A stretch of 64,000 nucleotides of DNA, from assembly GCA_963830305.1 (NCBI GenBank), contig CAWHLW010000015.1, positions 61,969 through 125,968 on the forward strand, read 5' to 3'. This document shows positions 1 through 8,707 of the stretch, piece by piece. The stretch comes from Candidatus Dormiibacterota bacterium. GTDB taxonomy: Bacteria; Chloroflexota; Dormibacteria; Aeolococcales; Aeolococcaceae. A model generated the notes under the pieces. It did not search any database. It was not told the DNA's origin and saw nothing but the letters and a program-made list of their open reading frames with translations. The position numbers and the translations under genes were made by a program. How positions within the stretch are numbered: position 1 is the stretch's first letter; each line of letters begins with the position of its first letter.

Positions 1-689
1 ACCAGGTAGGCGGCGAGTGCGCGGGTGATCGCGGCGGAGCCGCCTTGCGCGATCGGCCAGGTCTCGACGTGCCCGGTGAGGAGGAAGAGCATACCGACGG
101 CTGCGCTGACCGGCCGGGTCAAGGGCAGGATCGCGTGCGCGGCACATCCCGCCAGCAGGGCTCTCGCCCGATCGCCCCGGAACAGGGAGCGCCCCAGGAC
201 GGTGGCCGGAAGCAGCGCCGGAGCGCCGAAACCAGCGAGCACCAGCGGGTGGTGGGGGAGGTGCGCCGGACCCAACACCTCGGCGATGAGCTCGCTGGGG
301 TGGCGCAGCATCGGACCGATCAGCCGCCGGTATGTGCCGGCGTCCCCGCCGAGCCCGGCGGCGGTGGCTTCAAGGGATTTGCGGAGCATCACCGCGGGCT
401 CGCCATCGAGCGGGTGCGCAACCGAGGCCGGCGGTTGAATCCAGTGCAGCCCGTGCTCTGCGAGCGGGAGTGTGCGCAGATACGGCGAGAGGATGCCGAG
501 CGGGTGCGCCGCGGAGCAGACATCGTGGTGAAAGCCGGGGAGCGTCAGCTCCTCAGTACGGGTGCCACCTCCGACGGTCGCAGCAGCTTCGAGCACGACG
601 ACCTCGGCGCCGTTGCGCGCCAGCTCGACTGCCGCGGCGAGGCCGTTGGGACCGCTGCCGACGACGACCGCGTCCAGGCGCGACGGCAT
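1..689 (-). CDS. NAD(P)/FAD-dependent oxidoreductase, phytoene desaturase (CrtI-like) family; N-terminal part only, the rest lies left of the window
   Basis: Own translation of the minus strand from ATG at 689: MPSRLDAVVVGSGPNGLAAAVELARNGAEVVVLEAAATVGGGTRTEELTLPGFHHDVCSAAHP... This is a GxGxxG dinucleotide-binding fingerprint. The frame stays open to position 1. It is absent from the ORF track because no stop lies in the window. It starts 8 nt downstream of the ABC gene stop on the same strand. Confidence 0.7.
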   Translation of the reverse strand, partial: MPSRLDAVVVGSGPNGLAAAVELARNGAEVVVLEAAATVGGGTRTEELTLPGFHHDVCSAAHPLGILSPYLRTLPLAEHGLHWIQPPASVAHPLDGEPAVMLRKSLEATAAGLGGDAGTYRRLIGPMLRHPSELIAEVLGPAHLPHHPLVLAGFGAPALLPATVLGRSLFRGDRARALLAGCAAHAILPLTRPVSAAVGMLFLLTGHVETWPIAQGGSAAITRALAAYL

Positions 690-697
690 GGGGCCTT

Positions 698-2728
698 TTA
701 CGCTGCGGGAGCTGCCGGGGCGCTGGCGACCACTTCGCCGCTGGCCAGCACCATGCCGTCCTCGCAGACCGCCTCGACGCGTCCGCCCTGGAACTGCTGC
801 TCGTACACCTTGGCATAGGCGCCGCCACGGCGGAGCAGCTCGGCGTGGGTGCCCTGCTCGAGGAGGCGGCCGCGGTCGATGACGAAGATGACATCGGCGG
901 CCAGGATGGTGGAGAGCCGGTGCGCGATGGCAATGGTGGTGCGGCCGGTGAGCAGTGGCTCGAGAGCCGCCTGCACGAGGCGCTCGCTGGTGGTGTCAAG
1001 CGCTGACGTCGCCTCGTCCAGGATGAGCACACGAGGCGCCTTGAGGACGACACGAGCGATCGCGAGCCGCTGCTTCTCACCGCCAGACATGCGGTAGCCG
1101 CGCTCGCCCACGAGCGTGTCGTAGCCGTCGTCGAGCGCCACGATGCGGTCGTGGATGAACGCTGCGCGAGCGGCAGCCTCGAGCTCCTCCTGGGTGGCAT
1201 CCGGCTTGGCGTACATAAGGTTGCGCCGCACCGACGCATGGAAAAGGTAGGTCTCCTGCGTGACCATGCTGATCGCGTCTGCGAGTGACGCGATCGTGTA
1301 GTCGCGGACGTCCATGCCGTCGAGCAGCACCGCTCCCTTGGTGACGTCGTAGAGGCGCGGGATCAGGTACGAGATCGTGGTCTTGCCGGCGCCGCTCGGC
1401 CCAACAATGGCGGCGAGCTGTCCGGGCTTGACCTCGAAGCTCACGTCCTCGATGGCCCATTCCCTGCGGATCTCATTCGGAACGGGGTCATTCGCGTCGA
1501 GGGCTTCTCCATTCGGCACGATGACCGGTGCAGCCGGTCGCTGGATCGGCTCGGTCATCGGCCCGAAGCTGCCCCGGTCGTAGCGGAAGTACACGTGGTT
1601 GAGGCTGACATCGCCCTTGATGTCCGCGGGCGACACTGAGCGTGCGTTGGGCCCGTCGACGATGTCGTGCGGCATCTTGAGGTAGTCGAAGATCCGCTCG
1701 AAGAGGGCCAGGCTCGCCTGAATCTCGATGGACACCGAGAGCATGCTGCCGATGGGGAAGAAGAGGCGGCTCTGCAAGGTGGTGAAGGCGACGATCGTGC
1801 CGGAGTCGATGGCGGCAGCGTTGCCGTGGCTGCCCACGATGACGAAACCGGCGATCAGGTACACCAGCGCGGGCGCGCTGCTGAAGAAGGCACCGATGAC
1901 GGCGAAGAGGGCCCGCCCGATCATCTCCTGGCGGATGGCGAGGTTGGCGAGCCGGTGATTCTCCTTCCGGAACCGAACGACCTCCTCAGGGCCGCGGCCG
2001 AAGACCTTGGCGAGGAGCATGCCGGACACTGACAGCGTCTCCTCGGTGATCGCGCTGATCTCGGCTTTCGACTCCTGCGCCTGCATCGTGACCATGCGGC
2101 GCACCTTGCCTGCGCGGTACGTGTAGAAGACGAAGAGCGGGGTGATCGCCAGCGAGACGACCGTCAGCTGCCACGAGAGCCAGAGCATCGCCGCCAACGT
2201 GCTGAGCAGCGTCACGATGTTGGAGAGGAGCGAGGTTGCGGTATCGGTGACGACCGACTGGATGCCGCCGACGTCGTTTGTGAGCCGCGACTGGATCTCG
2301 CCGGTACGCGTGCCGGTGAAGAAGCGGAGTGACATCCCCTGCAGGTGCTCGTAGAGGCTGTTCCGCAACTCCTCCATCACGCGCTGCCCGACGCGGTTGG
2401 TGACGTATGTCTGGAGCACCCCGATCGCGCCGGTCACGATCGTGATCCCGATCATGATGCCGACGAGGACCTCGAGGAACGGCAGGTTGACCGGCAGCAG
2501 CACCTTCCCGCGGTGTGGGAAGAGCGCGTTGTCGAAGACGACCTTGATGAGCAGAGGGTTCACCACACCGGCCCCAGCCGTGATGATCACCAGGAAGGCG
2601 ATCGCCGCAACCCCGGCTCGGTGCGCCTTGAACAGCCCGGCCGTCTGCCGTACGAGTTTCCCGTTCGAGACGCGCCCCGAGGGTTTCTCGCGCTTGCGGC
2701 CGCCCATGAATCCGCCTCCGTGCATCAC
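698..2728 (-). CDS. ABC exporter, fused permease/ATP-binding protein (MsbA/MdlB type)
   Basis: 676-aa ORF with an N-terminal multi-TM domain. Walker A GPSGAGKTT, signature MSGGEKQRLAIAR, Walker B VLILDEATSALD. Confidence 0.9.
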   Translation of the reverse strand: MMHGGGFMGGRKREKPSGRVSNGKLVRQTAGLFKAHRAGVAAIAFLVIITAGAGVVNPLLIKVVFDNALFPHRGKVLLPVNLPFLEVLVGIMIGITIVTGAIGVLQTYVTNRVGQRVMEELRNSLYEHLQGMSLRFFTGTRTGEIQSRLTNDVGGIQSVVTDTATSLLSNIVTLLSTLAAMLWLSWQLTVVSLAITPLFVFYTYRAGKVRRMVTMQAQESKAEISAITEETLSVSGMLLAKVFGRGPEEVVRFRKENHRLANLAIRQEMIGRALFAVIGAFFSSAPALVYLIAGFVIVGSHGNAAAIDSGTIVAFTTLQSRLFFPIGSMLSVSIEIQASLALFERIFDYLKMPHDIVDGPNARSVSPADIKGDVSLNHVYFRYDRGSFGPMTEPIQRPAAPVIVPNGEALDANDPVPNEIRREWAIEDVSFEVKPGQLAAIVGPSGAGKTTISYLIPRLYDVTKGAVLLDGMDVRDYTIASLADAISMVTQETYLFHASVRRNLMYAKPDATQEELEAAARAAFIHDRIVALDDGYDTLVGERGYRMSGGEKQRLAIARVVLKAPRVLILDEATSALDTTSERLVQAALEPLLTGRTTIAIAHRLSTILAADVIFVIDRGRLLEQGTHAELLRRGGAYAKVYEQQFQGGRVEAVCEDGMVLASGEVVASAPAAPAA

Positions 2729-2899
2729 GGCGGCAGCACTCCCGGACTCGCGCTGGCGACAGGCGTCATGACTTCGACTGTACCAAGGTGAAGTCGTTTT
2801 CCCGATCTGGTAACAGGTGTGGACTGGCTCTTGCGACCGCTATGATCGGCGACGAATTCAGCGCGGAGGGAGCGCTGGCGGAGGACAGCGAGGAATTCG

Positions 2900-3547
2900 A
2901 TGACCATCAAGTCACTCCTTGTGGGAGCTGTGGCACTTGGCGCGATCAGCGGTCTCGCCGCCTGCGGCGGATCGAGCGGCGCTGCCACCCCGACACCATC
3001 GACCGGCGGGCTGACGCTGCCGAACATTCCAGGCCTGGGCAACAGCTCCGGCGGGTCGGCTCCGGCCGCGCAGACGCTGCTGACGGCTTCGGACGTCCAG
3101 AGCATCAGTGGCGACTCGAGCGTCACGGCGCTGTCGGGCGCCTGCTCGGCCACCACCTGCATCTATTCGGACACGAGCGGTAGCGGCGGTGGTGGCGGCA
3201 TCATCTTCGTCGAGCCCTTCCCGGGAGGCCTCGGTCAGTCGGCCCTGCAGGCGGCGATCGACACAGCGCTGGCCGGCCAGGCGAACTCCAGCGGCGGGAC
3301 CGCCGTCACCGTGTCCGGGCTTGGTAGCGGCGCGATCAAGGAGGTGGATGCGAATTCGGTGACCTACGCGTTCGTGAAGGACAACTACCTGGTCGTCCTC
3401 AACGTCACGTCGGGAACCAAGAGCGGTCCGACATGGATTCGCAGGTCGGGTCCGCCGCCCAGAAGGTCGCCGGGTCGATCTAGCTTCCCCTGGCCCACGT
3501 CGCGGGCCAGCTTCGTGAGTCCGCGCCCAGCGGCTGACGGCCGCTAA
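2900..3547 (+). CDS. Putative lipoprotein; C-terminus probably frameshifted (alternative stop TAG at 3481-3483)
   Basis: Signal peptide plus lipobox (ISGLAAC GGSS), Gly/Ser-rich mature part. After ~3430 the called frame becomes Arg/Pro-rich with mixed GC3. The neighbouring frame reads DMDSQVGSAAQKVAGSI-stop with high GC3. Confidence 0.5.
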   Translation: MTIKSLLVGAVALGAISGLAACGGSSGAATPTPSTGGLTLPNIPGLGNSSGGSAPAAQTLLTASDVQSISGDSSVTALSGACSATTCIYSDTSGSGGGGGIIFVEPFPGGLGQSALQAAIDTALAGQANSSGGTAVTVSGLGSGAIKEVDANSVTYAFVKDNYLVVLNVTSGTKSGPTWIRRSGPPPRRSPGRSSFPWPTSRASFVSPRPAADGR

Positions 3548-3559
3548 GCTCGCTTCGGC

Positions 3560-5709
3560 GTGCCCCTGCAAGACCTCGCGCAATCGATCCCGGGTGTGGC
3601 GATTGCCGCGCTGTTGCCGGGTTTCGCCCTCGCGACCCTGCTCAGTCCTCGATGGCAGTGGTGGACACGGCTGGCGATGTCCCCGGGACTGTCCGCCGGG
3701 TTCATCGGGGTCTTCGGGATGGCCATGCACGACGTGCACATCCCGTTCGAGCCGGTCACGGTCTTCCCACTCCTCGCTATCCTCGGCGCCAGCGCGGTGT
3801 TCCGCTGGCGGCGTGCCACGCCCGGTCCGGGGGTCGCCCTTCCATGGTGGATACCGATTCCGGGTTTGCTCGTCGGAGTTGTGGGTGCCGCGGTCTTCGT
3901 CTGGGCGCTGCACGGCCAGGTGCTGCCACCGGACTGGGATGCCCCGACGCACGGGGGGCTCGCCGCAACGATCGCCCGAACGCACGACGTGCTGCCGCTG
4001 ATCCCGATCCCTCTGCAGGCGACCGAGTTCGTGCGCGTCCGCCCGGGGTTCGAAGCGATGGCCGCAGTCGTGTCGTGGCTCGGGGGGCCATCGCCGGCTG
4101 CGTCGATGGCTCCTGTGGTGGCGGCGACGATCGTGCTGCTGCCGCTCTCGCTCACCCTGCTGGCGCTCGAGGCGACCGGATCGATTGCGCTTGCGGCGGT
4201 CGTCCCGTTCTTTGCACTCGGGATGGCGTTTCCGTCGTATCAGGCGATCCTCGGACGGTTTCCGGAGATGGTCGATTCGACGCTGATCGTGCCGTTTGTC
4301 GTGGCCGCACTCCGGGTCATGCGAGGTGTGTTCACGCGCGACAACCTGCTCCTGCTCTTCGCGATCACCGCGTCGATCTGGGTGATCCATGGACTCGAGG
4401 TGTTCACCGCGCTCGTTGTTGCATGCGGGCTGCTGGCGTGGACCGCATTTCGAATGATCCAGTCATCTCCCCGGCTCGCGCTCCTGCGCATTGCTGGGGC
4501 GGTGGGGGCGGTGCTGGTCGGCGCGGTCCTGGTGACGGTCCTGACGCGCATGCCGCACGTGCCTCCCGAGAATCCCACCGAGCCCTCGTCGGTCGTGCTC
4601 CCTACCGCGAGCTCTCCGGTGCAGCTCCACCAGATCGCGGCCGCCATCGCGCAGACCGACCTCGATCAGCCCGATCACGCTGGTGCTCTTCGTCATCGGC
4701 GTCGTCACGATCCTCATCCGCCGCCGCATGCTCTGGGTGCTCGTCGCCGAGATCCTGCTCGTTGCTGTTGATGGTTGACGACCTCTATCTGCACAAGCTC
4801 GACAAGCTCTGGCGGATCATCTACCCCTGGGGAGACACGGATCGGATCCTCGGGGTCCAGTACTGGTTGATCCCGTTGGTTCTGGGCACCGGGTTTCTTG
4901 CACTGGTGAGCCTGGTGCGATGGCTTTCACGAACGCGGCAGTTGCAGATCCGAGTTGGCATCGCGGCAGTGGTCGTGCTCGTCGTTGCGGTTGTCCTGCG
5001 CCACCCGCTCGGTCAACTCTGGGCGGACCTGATCGGCAAATATCCGTACTCCATCTTCCCGCTCGGGGTTATCGATCCCTTGTCCGCGTTGCGCCCGTGG
5101 CTTCTCGCGGTCGGTATCGCCGCGCTGGCGGTGGTTATCGCATGGCTCGCAATGGCGCGAGGTCTGAGTGCGCCAACGTTTGTTCGAGAGCGCCTGGGTT
5201 CTGCGGCGCAGGGACTGGACGTCGGTGGAATCGTGCTCGGCGTTGTCGCCGTGGTCTGCGTCGTTGTCGGCGCATCGGTCGAACTTGGCGTGTATCAGCA
5301 CGAGGTCGCGACCCGCTCGCTGGTGTCGCCCGCGGACGTCACCGTCCTGAATCGCATGGGCGATGTTCTCCCCAAGGGCGCCATCGTGATGAACGACGGT
5401 GGCGACGACGCAGGCGAGTGGCTCGCCGCGCTGACCGACTTCACGCCACTTGTTCCGAACGGTTTTGCGTGGAAATCGCTGGACACGCCGCTTGACGTCG
5501 ACCTCGAAAACGCGTGTGCCGATCCCGCTGCCGCGGAGGCCGCGATTCAGCAGTCGCACGCCGATGCGGTTTTCATGGGATCCCTACGCATCGTGCCGCC
5601 GGTGTATCCATGGAACTTCAGTTGCATCTCGAGCCTGCCAGACCTGCGGCTCATCGTGTCGGTGCCGAGCAACGGGACCGTTTCCGCCGCATTCGCCGTG
5701 ATCAAGTAG
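3560..5709 (+). pseudogene. Large polytopic membrane protein (~715 aa, many TM helices plus a C-terminal extracytoplasmic domain; possibly GT-C-like), interrupted by two +1 frameshifts
   Basis: Frame of ORF 3560 is protein-like up to ...IAAAIAQTDL (~4662). Then a third frame reads ISPITLVLFVIGVVTILIRRRMLWVLVAEILLVAVDG (4665-4778, high GC3). Then the frame of ORF 3652 reads DDLYLHKLDKLWRIIYPWGD...AAFAVIK to 5709. The function call is weak. Confidence 0.6.
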
Positions 5710-5729
5710 CGGTGATCGCGACTGCAGAG

Positions 5730-6635
5730 TCAGTGACGGTCCCGGCGAGGTTTGCGACACACGGCGGCGAGTCCGACCGCGCGGTTCATGTCCACAGAGG
5801 TATCGTCGGCGGGAGCCCAGACGATGTCCGTTGCGAACCACTCTCGTGGGACCGCCGGCGCGGGGACCGCTGCCGTGGCTTGGGCAGGCTGCGGTGACTC
5901 GATCGCGCGCTTGAAGCGCTCCACTGCGCCCGGAGCCACCTTGCGCACGAGGCCTGCCGTGTAGCGAACCACCTGCGGACGTGGCGGACGATCCGGCGAT
6001 CCCTCCGGCGGCGGGACGTCGGTCGGCGCAGGGACGTCGGTGGGCATCGCCCCTTGCGGGAAGAGTCGCACCATGAGGTTCACCTCATCGAAGCAGGTGC
6101 CGAGCAGGGCGGTCAGTGCGGGCGGAGTGAACTCCATCAGGTGCGAGCGAGCGAGAAGGTGTCCATCGGGCACGTGCTCGAACGACCAGAGCCGGTTTGG
6201 AGTGCCGACAAAGCAGACCCCGTTGTCGTTGACCGAATCCGCCATGCCTCGAACGAAGGCGAATGGATCGACGACGTGTTCGAGCACCTCGGAGCTGGCT
6301 GCAAGATCGTATGACCTTGGCGTGCACGGCTCGGGCAGCGGCTGCATCAGGTCGGCGACCACGAACCGAACATTCGACGCTGCGAAGTTCGCATTCGCGT
6401 ACGCGATGGCCGCCGGGGAGCTGTCGACGCCGTCGACGGATGCGCCGGCCCCGGCCAGGAGCGCGGAGCCGTACCCGGTTCCGCAACCGAAGTCCAGCAC
6501 CTTCATGCCTGGCTTGACCAGGTGCTCCGCGACCCACTCGTACACGCCTTCATGGCCCGCCGAGGTGATGTCGCGTGTCGCGCTTGGGACGTACCGGTCC
6601 TGGCCGTCTGCGGTCGCGAGATCAACGTCGGTCAT
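5730..6635 (-). CDS. Class I SAM-dependent methyltransferase with a Pro-rich C-terminal extension
   Basis: Motif I VLDFGCGTGYGSALLA, followed by DGVDSS and VVADL motifs. 301-aa ORF. Confidence 0.85.
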   Translation of the reverse strand: MTDVDLATADGQDRYVPSATRDITSAGHEGVYEWVAEHLVKPGMKVLDFGCGTGYGSALLAGAGASVDGVDSSPAAIAYANANFAASNVRFVVADLMQPLPEPCTPRSYDLAASSEVLEHVVDPFAFVRGMADSVNDNGVCFVGTPNRLWSFEHVPDGHLLARSHLMEFTPPALTALLGTCFDEVNLMVRLFPQGAMPTDVPAPTDVPPPEGSPDRPPRPQVVRYTAGLVRKVAPGAVERFKRAIESPQPAQATAAVPAPAVPREWFATDIVWAPADDTSVDMNRAVGLAAVCRKPRRDRH

Positions 6636-6760
6636 CGGGGCGCAAGCTTACTCACGGCTCCTCAGCAGGGGCCGTTGCGCCCTTCGCCGCCTCGGCGGGC
6701 TGAGTCGTCTCTGATCGGTCGGTCCGACGCTGTGAGACGACCCAGCCGCCACCACGCGCG

Positions 6761-7237
6761 CTAGTTCGCGATATGGAGCGCGATGGATTGCACGAGTTCG
6801 CCACCGCCACTCACGACAGCCCACCCTCCTGCATCCGCGAATTCCTGAGTACCGCCGAGGATGCCAAGCGACAAGGTCGGCGTGTTTCCGTTGAGCCCTT
6901 CGACGACCAGGCCGCCGCGGTGGTAGAGCACGGCATCAGCGGTGCATGCCGTCCGGTTGGTGAAGTCAAACGTACACGTGATGAGGGCCGTGCCTGCCAG
7001 TTGGTGCCGCTGCGGGTCGTAGAAGAGCCGCTGCTGGAAGACCAGGTGATCGCCCGGTTGGGGTGAGCCGTGCGGGCCTGTGAAGAAGTCGCGTTCGTTC
7101 GTCTGCACGGCGGTGAGATGGATGGTGTATGTGTGTGCCGGCGCGCTGATACCGGACGCCGAAGTCACCACCACGCCGCCGGCTGCAAGCGCCACGGCGC
7201 CCGCCGTCGCTAGCAACGTCTTGATAGAAGTTCGCAT
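6761..7237 (-). CDS. Secreted hypothetical protein (small beta-rich domain, dirigent/AOC-barrel-like guess)
   Basis: Start placed at the internal ATG (7237), preceded by GGAGGCGGAGG. N-terminus MRTSIKTLLATAGAVALAAGG is a signal peptide. The longer ORF-track start (7405) would run through the tRNA gene. Confidence 0.6.
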   Translation of the reverse strand: MRTSIKTLLATAGAVALAAGGVVVTSASGISAPAHTYTIHLTAVQTNERDFFTGPHGSPQPGDHLVFQQRLFYDPQRHQLAGTALITCTFDFTNRTACTADAVLYHRGGLVVEGLNGNTPTLSLGILGGTQEFADAGGWAVVSGGGELVQSIALHIAN

Positions 7238-7359
7238 GCCTCCGCCTCCTAAAACAGCGGCTCCCGAGGAGCCAATCCTGCAAACGGCGCGGATTATAGG
7301 ACCAGCCCCGAGCGCATGGCAACCAAGCCGTTCAGGCGGATTGAGGCATTTGGAATCTT

Positions 7360-7448
<89 letters not shown>

Positions 7449-7513
7449 GGGAGCGTCGAGTATAGGGTCGGCCTCGCCCCAGACCCGCGACGGACCGAGT
7501 TGCGGCTAGGGCG

Positions 7514-7669
7514 TTACCAGTAGTACCAGCGGCCGCCACGGGGTCGGAACGCCAGCCCTATCAGCCAGAAGATCAGGAAGATGAAGGCGATCCACCAGAG
7601 GACGTGGAGCGCGAACCCAAGCCCGAACAGCAGGGCAGTGAAGAGAAGGAAGGCCAAGAGGACGCACAT
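7514..7669 (-). CDS. Small hydrophobic membrane protein (51 aa, lmo0937-like family guess)
   Basis: MCVLLAFLLFTALLFGLGFALHVLWWIAFIFLIFWLIGLAFRPRGGRWYYW: two TM helices, GGGAGA upstream of the ATG. The rest of the 205-aa ORF-track entry is antisense tRNA plus an SDR fragment. Confidence 0.6.
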   Translation of the reverse strand: MCVLLAFLLFTALLFGLGFALHVLWWIAFIFLIFWLIGLAFRPRGGRWYYW

Positions 7670-7782
7670 GGCGGAGATTCTCCCTGGGACGATCTGAAGG
7701 TCAGATGGTAGATACCCGGCACGGGGTCGGGCCGAAACCGCCCGCTCGGGGGCTGCGGGCAGGTCGCGGATACAATCGGGGA

Positions 7783-7873
7783 GGAGCGATCGCCTAGTTG
7801 GCCGAGGGCGCCGCACTGGAAATGCGGTATACCGCGTCAAGCGGTATCGAGGGTTCGAATCCCTCTCGCTCCG
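7783..7873 (+). tRNA. tRNA-Ser (anticodon GGA), CCA not encoded
   Basis: GGAGCGA...CCGCA-CTGGAAA-TGCGG...long variable arm ATACCGCGTCAAGCGGTAT...GAGGGTTCGAATCCCTC-TCGCTCC-G. TACAAT hexamer at 7771-7776, just upstream. Confidence 0.9.
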
Positions 7874-7899
7874 GATTCCCATTGCAGTACCAGCAACTT

Positions 7900-8275
7900 C
7901 GCCGTTTCGATGGGCGCGAATGGATGACCCTGACGGCGTTCTGAGGCCATGATTCCAGCGTTGTTTGACGAGGATGTGCAGTGGGCCATCCCAACTGTCC
8001 AGGAACCGGCGAACCGAGGACAGATCCGATAGCTCCAACGCCCGAACGGTAACCCTAGACGTGCCGGTCGATCCAGCGATCTCGGCGGCAATCTCTTGCC
8101 CAGCACTGACGCGACGCACCGCGAGCGTCACCTCGGCGCCAGCGGACGCGAACTAGCGCCCGTGACGACCGCCCGCCGACCCGTCAGATCAAGCCCGGCG
8201 AGAACTTCATCGGCAGTCGTCGAGAAGACGAATCTCCGTCCAGGATCACCTGCAGTGCTGCTCGAAGGTCCGTTC
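7900..8275 (-). pseudogene. Short-chain dehydrogenase/reductase (retinol-dehydrogenase-like SDR) remnant: N-terminal ~120 aa only, with an internal deletion and frameshifts
   Basis: Minus-strand pieces lie in three frames. (1) RRFVFSTTADEVLAGLDLTGRRAVVTGASS; the GIG..A..LA..GA segment is missing here. (2) EVTLAVRRVSAGQEIAAEIAGSTGTSRVTVRALELSDLSSVRRFLDSWDGPLHILV. (3) NNAGIMA. No catalytic YxxxK region; homology stops before the tRNA 3' end. Confidence 0.6.
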
Positions 8276-8707
8276 ACCCGAGCGTCCGGAGGTTGGGCGT
8301 GTGTCGCATCTGTCTCTTCTCGCTTCCGGATTGCGCCGTACGGTGCTCGCATCGTTTGACGTGCTGCCGGTGCAGTCGAAAGCGGTTGTGCGGACAACTC
8401 TCTAGTGCGTACATCGCACCTGCCTGCCCAGTGTGCCAGAACCGCCATCGTGGCGGAGAGGGCCAGCGGGAAGGGTGATGGCGTTTGTCGTCTGCGTGCG
8501 GCGGACGCTAACGGTTGGCTCGAGTTATCGAGAATGACGGTGCGCCGAACGTCGAAGACCAGGCCGGCCATTACGGCCGGGATCGTGCCTCGTTACGGTT
8601 GCAGCAATGCCCTCTTGGCCTCGCCGCTCGTGGGTGCGACAAGCGGAGCGGTCGCTTCAAGACGGCGTACTCTGTGCGCGTTCCTACTAACAGAACCAGA
8701 GGCTGTG

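Noticed and set aside
2912-4390. 492-aa minus-strand ORF overlapping the lipoprotein and membrane-protein genes
   Set aside because: Shadow ORF: extremely Arg/Asp/Glu/His/Pro-rich, no motifs, and the opposite strand has coherent TM and signal-peptide features.
6011-6044. 18-nt tandem duplication (GGGACGTCGGT core at 6013-6023 and 6031-6041) in the methyltransferase tail
   Set aside because: Only two copies, in frame, encoding PTDVPA/PTDVPP within a Pro-rich linker. This is a trivial slippage duplication rather than a repeat element.
7514-8131. 205-aa minus-strand ORF spanning the small membrane gene, the tRNA-Ser(GGA) antisense and SDR-like sequence
   Set aside because: It is a composite read-through. 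Only the last 51 codons (7514-7669) form a plausible gene. The middle is antisense tRNA. The N-terminal part is one fragment of the SDR pseudogene.
8480-8707. Possible TPP or cobalamin riboswitch in the long leader of the HDO/TenA-like gene
   Set aside because: A hairpin CCGGCC-ATTAC-GGCCGG preceded by GACCAGG loosely recalls the TPP P4/P5 region. However, the invariant CUGAGA and ACCUGAUCUGGAUAAUGCCAGCG-type cores are not present, and no B12-box (GCCACUG) is seen. It would need a covariance-model scan (Rfam/Infernal) to revisit.
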